From: Xanthomonas campestris pv. campestris str. ATCC 33913
GTDB taxonomy: Bacteria; Pseudomonadota; Gammaproteobacteria; Xanthomonadales; Xanthomonadaceae
Direction: 5' to 3'
NCBI RefSeq assembly: GCF_000007145.1
Contig: NC_003902.1
Coordinates: 1,537,436 to 1,569,435 of the forward strand
Length of the DNA stretch: 32,000 bases
The notes under the pieces were generated by a model. The model did not search any database and was not told where the DNA came from. It was given only the letters and a program-made list of their open reading frames with translations. The translations under genes and the position numbers were made by a program. Below are positions 24,546-32,000 of this stretch, one piece after another. The stretch's first letter is position 1. Each line of letters starts with the position of its first letter.

Positions 24546-24566
24546 GGGATTCATAGGTCCGCTGGC

Positions 24567-25016
24567 TTACTCGCGCACCCAGGTCTGCGTGCGGCCCAGG
24601 GCTTCGATGCCGACATAGCCGCGCATCTGCAGCTTCTTGCCGCCTTCGGTCAGGGTGATCTTGGCCTTGTAGGTCTTGCCCTTGGCCGGGTCGAGCACCG
24701 AGCCGCCGCCCCACACGGCGGTGCCGTCGGGCTTGAGGCCCCACAGGATGGTCATGCCCTTGATCGGCTTGCCTTTGAGCGCACCGTCGCACTTGTCGCA
24801 GGTGGGGTTGGGCCCATGGTTGGATTGCAGGATCTCGACCACCTTGCCGCTCAACGTGCCGTTGGCGAGCTGTTCGATCTGCACCACCGACTTGGGCTTG
24901 CCGGTTTCGTCGTCGATGGTCTTCCAGTGGCCCACCGGCGAGTCGGCGGCTTGGGCCAGCAGCGAGGCGGCGGCCAGCGGCAGGGCCATGATCAGGGTCT
25001 TGAAGGTCTTGCGCAT
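24567..25016 (-). CDS. DUF2147 domain-containing periplasmic protein
   Basis: ATG at 25016..25014 (MRKTFKTLIMALPLAAASLLAQA, a signal peptide) gives 149 aa. The pattern GHWKTIDDETGKPKSVV...CDKCDG...KGKPIKGMTILWGL...GGSVLDPAKGKTYKAKITL...KLQMRGYVG is the DUF2147 pattern. GGGAGG lies upstream. Confidence 0.75.
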   Translation of the reverse strand: MRKTFKTLIMALPLAAASLLAQAADSPVGHWKTIDDETGKPKSVVQIEQLANGTLSGKVVEILQSNHGPNPTCDKCDGALKGKPIKGMTILWGLKPDGTAVWGGGSVLDPAKGKTYKAKITLTEGGKKLQMRGYVGIEALGRTQTWVRE

Positions 25017-25209
25017 GTGTCCCCTCCCAGGGAGTGCAGTGGCCACCGTCGGCGGCCTGATCGCGAATGTATACCGTGGAGTATGGAGGCGGAAAGCCGC
25101 GCTGCGGCATGCATTCATCCAAGTCGGTGCGCCTGGCGGGCGCGACCGTACTCGGCCGGCGGGGCTCACAACCTTCCGTGTTCTGCTTCAGCAGCGATCG
25201 GCACTCGCC

Positions 25210-25599
25210 TCACGCCATTTCATACAACTCCAGCGGCAAGTCGTCCGGGTCGGCAAAGAAGGTGAAGCGACGGCCGGTGTATTCGTCCACGCGGACCGCC
25301 TCGGTGTCCACGCCGTGGACGGTGAGATGGGCGACGGCCGCATCCAGATCCTGCACGCGGAAGGCCAGGTGGCGCAGGCCACGCGCCTCCGGGCGGCTGG
25401 GGCGCAGGGGGGCGCCCGGAAAGGAGAACAGCTCGATCTGGCCGCCATCCGGCAGCGCCAGGTCCAGCTTCCAGGAGTCGCGCGCCTGCCGGTAATGCTC
25501 ATCGAGCACCCGCAGGCCCAGGATCTCGCAATAGAACTGCTTGGAACGTGCGTAATCGCCGGCAATGATCGCGACGTGGTGGATCCCGGCGAGCATCAT
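25210..25599 (-). CDS. VOC (glyoxalase / bleomycin-resistance / dioxygenase) family protein
   Basis: 129-aa ORF. GIHHVAIIAGDYARSKQFYCEILG is the typical first beta-alpha-beta-beta-beta module. LRHLAFRV and FFADPDDLPLEL are typical of the second module. Confidence 0.8.
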   Translation of the reverse strand: MMLAGIHHVAIIAGDYARSKQFYCEILGLRVLDEHYRQARDSWKLDLALPDGGQIELFSFPGAPLRPSRPEARGLRHLAFRVQDLDAAVAHLTVHGVDTEAVRVDEYTGRRFTFFADPDDLPLELYEMA

Positions 25600-25811
25600 G
25601 CGGCGCTCCTGGCGGTGGCCTGCGGCGCGATAACCAGTGGCGACAGAATCGACAGGCCGCAGCGTTCAGTGCGCAGGCGTTTGCGCTCGATGGAGCGCGC
25701 GGCAGCGGCAGCACGGAGCGCGCCGATCTTGAGAGATTCAACTGCGCGCGGCAGCTGCAGGGCATCGATGATGCGGGAGCCCGCGTGGTAAGTGCGATCA
25801 CAGGATGGCAT
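25596..25811 (-). CDS. Hypothetical 71-aa protein (weakly supported)
   Basis: ATG at 25811 and a stop that overlaps the VOC gene start (ATGA at 25596-25599). Third-position GC is moderately high at about 70%. No recognisable motif. It could be non-coding leader sequence. Confidence 0.25.
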   Translation of the reverse strand: MPSCDRTYHAGSRIIDALQLPRAVESLKIGALRAAAAARSIERKRLRTERCGLSILSPLVIAPQATARSAA

Positions 25812-25950
25812 GGCGGCAAGCTGGCAAAAACGAGTCGTCAGGATACCCGCATGCCGCTGAGCGGCAGGGCCACGTCACAGCTCACCATCGCATGGCTGTG
25901 CTCGCCTGCACGTGCGTGGCAGGATGGGGCGCCACCGATCAGGACCACGC

Positions 25951-27348
25951 ATGTCCGAGCCCTCGTCCACCGACGCACCGCAGTTCCAGCGCAGCATGCA
26001 GGTGCGCCATCTGGTGATGCTGTCCCTGGGCGGCGTGATCGGCACGGGATTGTTCTTCAACACCGGCTACATCATCGCCAGCACCGGTGCGCTGGGTACG
26101 GTGCTGGCGTACCTGATCGGCGCGCTGGTGGTGTATCTGGTGATGCAATGCCTGGGCGAGCTGGCGGTGGCGATGCCGCAGACCGGCGCGTTTCATGTGT
26201 ATGCGGCGCGCTATCTGGGGCCTGCCACCGGCTACGTGGTGGCCTGGTTGTACTGGCTCACCTGGACGGTGGCGTTGGGGTCGAGCCTCACCGCTGCCGC
26301 GTTCTGCATGCAGTACTGGTTTCCGCACAGCCCGGCGTGGCCGTGGTGCCTGCTGTTCTGCGTGCTGATTTTCAGTTTGAACATGGTGTCGGCACGCTGG
26401 TTTGCCGAAGGCGAATTCTGGTTTTCGCTGATCAATGTAGTGACCATTGTGGTGTTCATCGTGCTGGGCGGCGCGGCGGTGGTCGGCTGGCTGCCGCTGG
26501 CCGACGGCAGCCCGGCGCCGGGAGTGCGCCATCTGCGCGCCGATGGCTGGTTTGCGCACGGCACCGTGCCGATCCTGATGACAATGGTGGCGGTGAATTT
26601 CGCTTTCTCCGGGACCGAGCTGATCGGCATCGCAGCCGGCGAAACTGCACAGCCTGCACGCGCAATCCCGCTGGCGATCCGCACCACGTTGATCCGTCTG
26701 GTGGTGCTGTTCGTCGGCACCGTGCTGGTGCTGGCCGCGTTGCTGCCGGCGCACGCGGCGGCGGTGGAGACCAGCCCGTTCGTGCGCGCCTTCGAGCTGC
26801 TGGGCATTCCGTATGCCGCAGGTCTGCTCAACGCGGTGATCCTTACCGCGATCCTGTCGGCGGCCAACTCCGGGTTGTATGCGGCGGCCCGCATGCTGTG
26901 GTCGTTGGCCAACGAGGGCACCTTGCCTGCCCGCTTTGCGCGGCTGACCCGGCGTGGCATCCCGCTGCCTGCGCTGGTGCTGAGCATGCTTGGCGGGCTG
27001 CTGGCGCTGCTGACCGGTGTGTACGCGGCCGACACCGTGTTCGTGGCGATTTCTGCAGTCTCCGGGTTTGCGGTGGTGGTGGTGTGGCTGAGCATCTGTG
27101 CCTCGCACTATTGTTTCCGCCGCCAGCTGCTGCGTGACGGCATCGCACTGGACAGCCTGGCCTACCGCGCGCCGTGGTATCCGTGGACGCCGCTGATTGG
27201 TGGCGCGCTGTGCGTGCTGGCCTGCGCTGGGCTGGCGTTTGACCCGCAGCAGCGCATCGCGCTGTGGTGCGGGATTCCGTTCGTGGCGCTGTGCTACGGC
27301 GCCCATGCAGTGACCCAAAGGCTTGCAGCCCGGAGAGTGCGTCCATGA
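25951..27348 (+). CDS. mmuP: APC-superfamily amino-acid permease, probable S-methylmethionine permease
   Basis: ATG 25951 ([36 protein letters not shown]) gives 465 aa and about 12 TM helices. The AAT-family signature is present. The stop overlaps the mmuM start (ATGA at 27345-27348), matching the E. coli mmuP-mmuM arrangement. Confidence 0.8.
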   Translation: MSEPSSTDAPQFQRSMQVRHLVMLSLGGVIGTGLFFNTGYIIASTGALGTVLAYLIGALVVYLVMQCLGELAVAMPQTGAFHVYAARYLGPATGYVVAWLYWLTWTVALGSSLTAAAFCMQYWFPHSPAWPWCLLFCVLIFSLNMVSARWFAEGEFWFSLINVVTIVVFIVLGGAAVVGWLPLADGSPAPGVRHLRADGWFAHGTVPILMTMVAVNFAFSGTELIGIAAGETAQPARAIPLAIRTTLIRLVVLFVGTVLVLAALLPAHAAAVETSPFVRAFELLGIPYAAGLLNAVILTAILSAANSGLYAAARMLWSLANEGTLPARFARLTRRGIPLPALVLSMLGGLLALLTGVYAADTVFVAISAVSGFAVVVVWLSICASHYCFRRQLLRDGIALDSLAYRAPWYPWTPLIGGALCVLACAGLAFDPQQRIALWCGIPFVALCYGAHAVTQRLAARRVRP

Positions 27349-28307
27349 CTATTGTTCCCCGCCAACCGCGCGTCGGTGCGCCCTTCAGTGATGTCTTGCA
27401 GCGCGACGCTGAGGTGGTGCTGGACGGCGCGCTGGCCACCGAGCTGGAACAGCGTGGCTGTGATCTCAACGACGCCTTGTGGTCGGCACGGGTGTTGATG
27501 GAGCAGCCGGAACTGATCTACCAGGTGCACCGCGACTACTTCGCCGCCGGTGCGCAATGCGCGATCACCGCCAGCTACCAGGCCACGCCGCAGGGCTTTG
27601 CCGCGCGCGGGCTGGGCCTGGCGCAGTCGCAGGCGTTGATCGCACGCAGCGTGGCGCTGGCGGCGCAGGCGCGCGCGGACCACCTGGCCGCGCATCCGCA
27701 GGCGGCGCCGCTGTGGGTGGCCGGCTCGGTGGGGCCGTATGGCGCCTATCTGGCGGATGGTTCCGAATACCGCGGCGACTACGCGCTGCCGGTGGCGCAG
27801 ATGCTCGACTTCCATCGCCCGCGCATCGCGGCGCTGGTGGATGCCGGCGTGGACCTATTGGCCTGCGAAACCTTGCCCTCGGCCAGTGAGATCACCGCGC
27901 TGCGCCTGTTGCTGGAGGAGTTCCCGCAGGTGCATGCGTGGTTTTCGTTCACCCTGCGCGATGCCGCGCATCTGAGCGATGGCACGCCACTGGCGCAAGT
28001 GATTCCGGCTCTGGACGCGTGCCCGCAGGTGGTCGCGGTGGGCATCAATTGCATTGCGATCGAGCAGGTCACCGCCGCGCTGCAGTCGCTGGCCGCGCTC
28101 ACCAGCTTGCCGCTGGTGGTGTATCCCAATTCCGGTGAGCACTACGACGCCAGCGACAAGCGCTGGCATGCGGGAACCACAGTGGCGTGTTCACTGGCGA
28201 CGCAACGCGCGCAATGGCATGCGGCCGGTGCGCGTTTGATTGGTGGCTGCTGCCGCACCACGCCGGCCGACATCGCCGCACTGGTGGCGGCGCGTACGGC
28301 TGGCTGA
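27345..28307 (+). CDS. mmuM: Homocysteine S-methyltransferase
   Basis: ATG 27345 ([10 protein letters not shown]...) gives 320 aa. The Pfam S-methyl_trans layout is present: [32 protein letters not shown] and the zinc-ligand motif [12 protein letters not shown]. Confidence 0.85.
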   Translation: MTIVPRQPRVGAPFSDVLQRDAEVVLDGALATELEQRGCDLNDALWSARVLMEQPELIYQVHRDYFAAGAQCAITASYQATPQGFAARGLGLAQSQALIARSVALAAQARADHLAAHPQAAPLWVAGSVGPYGAYLADGSEYRGDYALPVAQMLDFHRPRIAALVDAGVDLLACETLPSASEITALRLLLEEFPQVHAWFSFTLRDAAHLSDGTPLAQVIPALDACPQVVAVGINCIAIEQVTAALQSLAALTSLPLVVYPNSGEHYDASDKRWHAGTTVACSLATQRAQWHAAGARLIGGCCRTTPADIAALVAARTAG

Positions 28308-28322
28308 GCGTGCTCAGCCTTT
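28302..28322. terminator. Palindrome spanning both stop codons of convergent mmuM and DUF885 genes, followed by TTT
   Basis: GGCTGAGC gt GCTCAGCC (28302-28319), then tttctg. The TGA of mmuM (28305-28307) and the TCA (TGA on the minus strand) of DUF885 (28314-28316) sit in the two arms. Confidence 0.45.
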
Positions 28323-30230
28323 CTGCGTGGCGATCCAGCGTTGCACTTTGTCCTGCAGGATCTCCAGCGGCACCGAACCGTCCTTGAGCACTTCGGTGTG
28401 GAAGGCACGCACATCGAAGCGCGGCCCCAGCTCGCGTTGCGCCTGTTCGCGCAACTGGCTGATCTTCATCTCGCCGACCTTGTAGGCCAGCGCCTGGCCG
28501 GGAATGGCCAGGTAGCGGTCCACCTCAGCCTCGGCGTCTTCGCGGGTGACGGCCGAGTTCTGCAACATGTAGTCGATGGCCTGCGCGCGGGTCCAGCCCT
28601 GGCTATGCAGGCCGGTGTCCACCACCAGCCGGATCGAGCGCAGCAGCGCGTTCTGCAGGTAGCCGTAGTAGTTGTACGGGTCCTGGTACAGCCCCAGTTC
28701 GCGGCCCAGCGATTCGGCATACAGGCCCCAGCCTTCGATGAAGGCGGTCTCGCCACCGAAGCGGCGGAACTTGGGCAGGTCGGTCAATTGCTGCTGAAGG
28801 CCGAGTTGGTAGTGATGGCCCGGCACGCCTTCGTGCAGGAACAGGCTTTCGCCCTCCCAGCGCGGGCGCGCGGGCAGGTTGGAGGTATTGACGTAGAAGA
28901 TGCCCGGCGTGTTGTCGTGCGGGTTGGGGCGCATGTACGAGCCGCTGGCCGCCGCTTGCGCGCGCTGTGGCTCCACCGGGCGCACGTCCAGGGCCGGGAT
29001 GCCCTGGGTGGCGAACAGGCGGGGGACCGCGGCCTGCACGCGGCTCTGCAGGCCGCGGTAAGCGTCCAGCAGTTCGGACTCGCTGCGGAACACGAAGCGC
29101 TTGTCGGTCTGCATGAACTTGTAGAACTTGGGCAGGTTGCCGCGGAACTTGACCTGCTTGGCCACGTTCTGGATCTCGCCCTGCAGGCGCGCCACCTCGT
29201 CCAGGCCGGTCTGGTGGATCTGTGCCGGGGTCAGGTCGGAGGTGGTGCTCTGGCGCACGTCGTAGGCGTACCAGGCGGCGCCGTTGGGCAGCGCGGCCAG
29301 CCCCGCGGTGTCGCGGCAGGCCGGCAGGTATTCGGTGGCGATGAAGCCGCGCAGTGCGCGGTAGGCCGGCATGATGCGGAACTCGATCATCCGCTTGTAC
29401 TCGGCGGTGATGCGTTGTTTGTCGGCCTCGGGCATGTCGGCGGGCAGGTTGCGGATCGGCCCCCAGAACAGGCTTTCTTCAGCACTGCGCGCAATGATGG
29501 CGTCCAGCTGCGGCAGCACTTTTTCCATCAAGGCCTTGGGCTGCACCACCCCGGCCTGCATGCCCGCACGCATGTTAGTGATGGCCTGGTCGAACAGGTC
29601 CGGGATGCCGAGCGCGCGGCGCGACCAGTTGTCGTAGTCCTTGACGGTGTTGAACGGCTGCGCGCCGGTGCCCGAGCCCATGACCACCGCAATGCTGGCG
29701 ATGTTGTAGAACTGGTTGATCGGCAACATCCAGCTCGGGAATTGCTCGGCCGCCAGGGCGCTGCGCGCATCGCGCACGAAGATCTGGTAGCTGAGCAGGT
29801 CCTGCCCGCTGAGCCCATCCGGGCCGATCGCCTCCACCTTGGCCAGCCACAGCGTGGTGAAGTCGTGCGACTGCTGGCGGAACGCAGGCGACAGGAAGTT
29901 GGGCAGCTGGTCGTTGTAGCGGCTCTCGCCCTGGAAGGTGGCCTGCAACGGGTTGAGCTTCAGCGAGGCATCCCAGTACTGGTCGTACAGCAGCGTGAGT
30001 TGCTGTGCCTTGCTCTGCACCACCGGTGCCACCACCGCGCGTGGCTTGGCCTTGGCCTTGGTGCTCCTGGCCGGCTTGGTGGACTTCTTGGCCTTGCCCG
30101 CCTTCGCGCGCGTTTGCGAGGTCTGTGCCTTGCCGGTCTTCTTCTTGGCTGCATCGGCCGGTGCGGCCAGCGACAGGTTCAACACGGCGGCCATGGCCAG
30201 GGACAGCAGGCGGGAAAAGCTAAGCGGCAT
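28314..30230 (-). CDS. DUF885 family secreted protein (putative metallopeptidase-like) with an N-terminal Lys/Ala-rich linker
   Basis: The track start 30248 is a TTG. ATG 30230 (MPLSFSRLLSLAMAAVLNLSLAAPADA, a signal peptide) has GGAG 8 nt upstream and gives 638 aa. HEGVPGHHYQ and FIEGWGLYAE are typical DUF885 blocks. Confidence 0.8.
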   Translation of the reverse strand: MPLSFSRLLSLAMAAVLNLSLAAPADAAKKKTGKAQTSQTRAKAGKAKKSTKPARSTKAKAKPRAVVAPVVQSKAQQLTLLYDQYWDASLKLNPLQATFQGESRYNDQLPNFLSPAFRQQSHDFTTLWLAKVEAIGPDGLSGQDLLSYQIFVRDARSALAAEQFPSWMLPINQFYNIASIAVVMGSGTGAQPFNTVKDYDNWSRRALGIPDLFDQAITNMRAGMQAGVVQPKALMEKVLPQLDAIIARSAEESLFWGPIRNLPADMPEADKQRITAEYKRMIEFRIMPAYRALRGFIATEYLPACRDTAGLAALPNGAAWYAYDVRQSTTSDLTPAQIHQTGLDEVARLQGEIQNVAKQVKFRGNLPKFYKFMQTDKRFVFRSESELLDAYRGLQSRVQAAVPRLFATQGIPALDVRPVEPQRAQAAASGSYMRPNPHDNTPGIFYVNTSNLPARPRWEGESLFLHEGVPGHHYQLGLQQQLTDLPKFRRFGGETAFIEGWGLYAESLGRELGLYQDPYNYYGYLQNALLRSIRLVVDTGLHSQGWTRAQAIDYMLQNSAVTREDAEAEVDRYLAIPGQALAYKVGEMKISQLREQAQRELGPRFDVRAFHTEVLKDGSVPLEILQDKVQRWIATQKG

Positions 30231-30440
30231 TACCGGCTCCGGAAACAAGCGAGCGGGGAGCTTGCCCGATCCGCACCGTTACGGCCAGCCACCAGGGTCA
30301 TGGCCCGCGCGTGCAATTCATGCACGGCACGGGCAGGGCGCCGCGTGAGGAATAAATGCTGCGGTGCGATAACGTGCCGCACGGCTTGTGCTGCAAGCGT
30401 TGACGGCACCAGGTTCGGTCGCTCGTCGCGGCCGCCTGGC

Positions 30441-31217
30441 TCAATCGGCGGCAGCTTCTTCGCGCAATTGTTCGGCGCGTTCGGCGCCGAGATACGCGCC
30501 GATGGCGCGGCGCGCCAGATACAGCAACGGAATCAGCGCGATCGCAAAGCCCATCTTGTAGAGGTAGTTGAGCGTGCTCACGGCCAGGAACTGGTCGATG
30601 GACCAATGCTGTGGGCCCAGCACGAAGGCGATATAGATCACCACGAAGCTGTCCACCAGCTGCGACACCGCCGTGGAGCCGGTGGCGCGCAACCACACGT
30701 GTTTTTCGCCGGTGGCGCGGCGGATGCGGTGGAACACCGACACATCGATCAACTGCCCGAACAGAAACGCCACCAGCGAGCCGCCGATGGTCCACAGGCC
30801 TTGCCCGAACACCGCCGCAAAGGCGGCCTGGTAGTCCGGCACGCCCTGGCTCTGCGCGGCGGTGACCCACCAGCCGGCCGGTGCCAGCGCGATAGCCGCA
30901 AACGCGAACACGAAGCCGTAGCCGATCAGGCCCACCGCCACCCAAGAGATGAAACGCACCCCGCGGCTGCCGAAGAACTCGTTGATGGTGTCGGTCATGA
31001 TGAACACCACCGGCCACAGCAAGGTGCCGGCGGTGAAGCTGAGCGAGCCGGTTTGCCCGAACAGGTTCCAGTTCAACGGCGCGATGCCGAGGGTGTCTTC
31101 CAGCGCAAAGATCTTGACGCCGATGAACTCCGCCAGCGCGGCGTTGACGCAAAAGAACGCCGCCAGCGCGATGAACAGCCGTACCGCACGATCGTCGAGG
31201 GTACGCACGTGTGTCAT
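30441..31217 (-). CDS. yhhQ: Queuosine-precursor transporter YhhQ (VUT/DUF165 family)
   Basis: ATG 31217 (MTHVRTLDDRAVRLFIALAAFF) gives 258 aa of polytopic membrane protein. Typical YhhQ blocks are GTLLWPVVFIMTDTINEFFG, GSLVAFLFGQLIDVSVF and STAVSQLVDSFVVIYIAF. Confidence 0.8.
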   Translation of the reverse strand: MTHVRTLDDRAVRLFIALAAFFCVNAALAEFIGVKIFALEDTLGIAPLNWNLFGQTGSLSFTAGTLLWPVVFIMTDTINEFFGSRGVRFISWVAVGLIGYGFVFAFAAIALAPAGWWVTAAQSQGVPDYQAAFAAVFGQGLWTIGGSLVAFLFGQLIDVSVFHRIRRATGEKHVWLRATGSTAVSQLVDSFVVIYIAFVLGPQHWSIDQFLAVSTLNYLYKMGFAIALIPLLYLARRAIGAYLGAERAEQLREEAAAD

Positions 31218-31221
31218 GGCG

Positions 31222-31893
31222 TCAGCGGTCCGCAGTCCGGGTAAATGGAACGGTCTCCGGCGACACGGCACCGCCGGAAATGATGAAGCTCATCGCCTGG
31301 TCCACGGTCCAGTCGGTGGGCGTGAGCAGCTCCACCGGCACGATCTCCAGATAGCCGGAGGTGGGGTTCGGCGTGGTCGGCACATACACCGCTGCCAGCT
31401 CGCGGCCGGTGCCCTGTTCCTTGATCACGCGGGTGACCAGACCAACCGATTTCATATCGCGATGCGGGAAGTCGATCAGTACCACGCGTTGCGTGCTACC
31501 AGGCTGCGTCTGCAGGATGTCCAGCAACTTGCGCGCGCTGTCGTAGACCACGCTGGCCAACGGAATGCGCCGCATGATCGCTTCGAACCAGCGCAGCAGC
31601 CGCTGGCCGATCACGCGTCGGCTCAGGACACCCACGAACAGGATCACCGCTACCGTTGCGATCAGCGCGATGGTGTTCTGCACCCACAGCGCCGTGATCC
31701 AGCCCAGGTAATGCGGGAACGAGGCCGCGATGCGTCCGGACAAGGGCACCACCCACGGGCTGCTGATGCCCGACAGCAGCGAGAACACGAACTTCACCAC
31801 CACCCAGGTCAGCCAGACCGGCAGCAAGGTGAGCAGGCCGGTCAGGAAGACCCGTTGCACGGAGGGACGATGCGGAGCAGAGGATTCAGACAT
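31222..31893 (-). CDS. DUF502 domain-containing membrane protein
   Basis: ATG 31893 (MSESSAPHRPSVQRVFLTGLLTLLPVWLTWVVV) gives 223 aa. Two N-terminal TM helices are followed by RIPLASVVYDSARKLLD and PTTPNPTSGYL, conserved DUF502 blocks. The stop is only 4 nt from the yhhQ start. Confidence 0.75.
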   Translation of the reverse strand: MSESSAPHRPSVQRVFLTGLLTLLPVWLTWVVVKFVFSLLSGISSPWVVPLSGRIAASFPHYLGWITALWVQNTIALIATVAVILFVGVLSRRVIGQRLLRWFEAIMRRIPLASVVYDSARKLLDILQTQPGSTQRVVLIDFPHRDMKSVGLVTRVIKEQGTGRELAAVYVPTTPNPTSGYLEIVPVELLTPTDWTVDQAMSFIISGGAVSPETVPFTRTADR

Positions 31894-32000
31894 GCGCGCA
31901 TTGTAGGCATTCGCTTGCGGCCGGTGGGCCTGTGGTTCGGCCAGCGCGTGGCGTGTTCGCGTCGGCAGCGTGGTGCGGTACAGCCGCCATTCGGGCAATC

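Noticed and set aside
24093-24566. Possible cobalamin or TPP riboswitch in the TonB-dependent receptor leader
   Set aside because: A stretch GGGACTGAACC...CCGCAGTTGT loosely recalls the cobalamin riboswitch core. However, the GGTG...TCC block and a B12-box (GCCACTG-type) are absent, and I found no CTGAGA/ACCTGA TPP core. I cannot support a riboswitch call without a covariance-model scan.
25812-25950. SAM or S-box riboswitch upstream of mmuP
   Set aside because: No S-box core (GAGGGA...GCAACC type) is visible. Only a short 5-bp hairpin (GCCGC-tga-GCGGC) is present.
28341-31244. 967-aa plus-strand ORF, the longest uninterrupted frame in this part of the window
   Set aside because: It runs antisense to two well-supported genes (DUF885 and yhhQ) and across their intergenic region. 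The translation is Arg/Gly/Ala/His-rich low-information sequence with no motif. This is the typical shadow ORF of high-GC DNA.

Overview
High-GC (about 65-70%) chromosomal window that looks like a Xanthomonas-type gammaproteobacterium. That call is an inference from GC content, TonB-dependent receptor content and GGGAATC heptamer repeat elements. I call about 28 protein-coding genes. I found no rRNA, tRNA, CRISPR array, transposase, integrase or phage genes. All family assignments come from motifs I recognise in the supplied translations; no database search was run. The ORF track accepts GTG and TTG starts and prints them as M, so I re-derived several starts from codon arithmetic and the raw sequence. 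Gene order: 2H-phosphoesterase, HD-family protein, small CCxxGCxxC protein and AcvB/VirJ-like hydrolase (+), converging on MprF (-). Then DUF998 and RidA (+). Then a seven-gene minus-strand lipid-modification operon (7223-14050), followed upstream by an anti-sigma/ECF sigma pair, a small membrane protein and an exported protein of unknown function (14407-17092). The rest is an orphan RnfB-like ferredoxin, a HAD-IB hydrolase, metG, a 1038-aa TonB-dependent receptor, DUF2147, a VOC-family protein, the mmuP-mmuM S-methylmethionine operon, DUF885, yhhQ and DUF502. The most interesting part is the ECF sigma / RskA-type anti-sigma module. It is flanked by two transcription units that each carry the same GCATC-N17-CGTA motif about 30 nt upstream of the first start codon. 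One unit is the translationally coupled operon of a desaturase, FAD oxidase, DUF1365, CFA synthase, DUF2878, DUF1295 and a second CFA-type methyltransferase. Its product is not knowable from sequence, but it resembles stress-induced furan or methylated fatty-acid pathways. Most very long ORFs in the track, such as the 967-aa, 717-aa and 1031-aa ones, are high-GC antisense or read-through artefacts.
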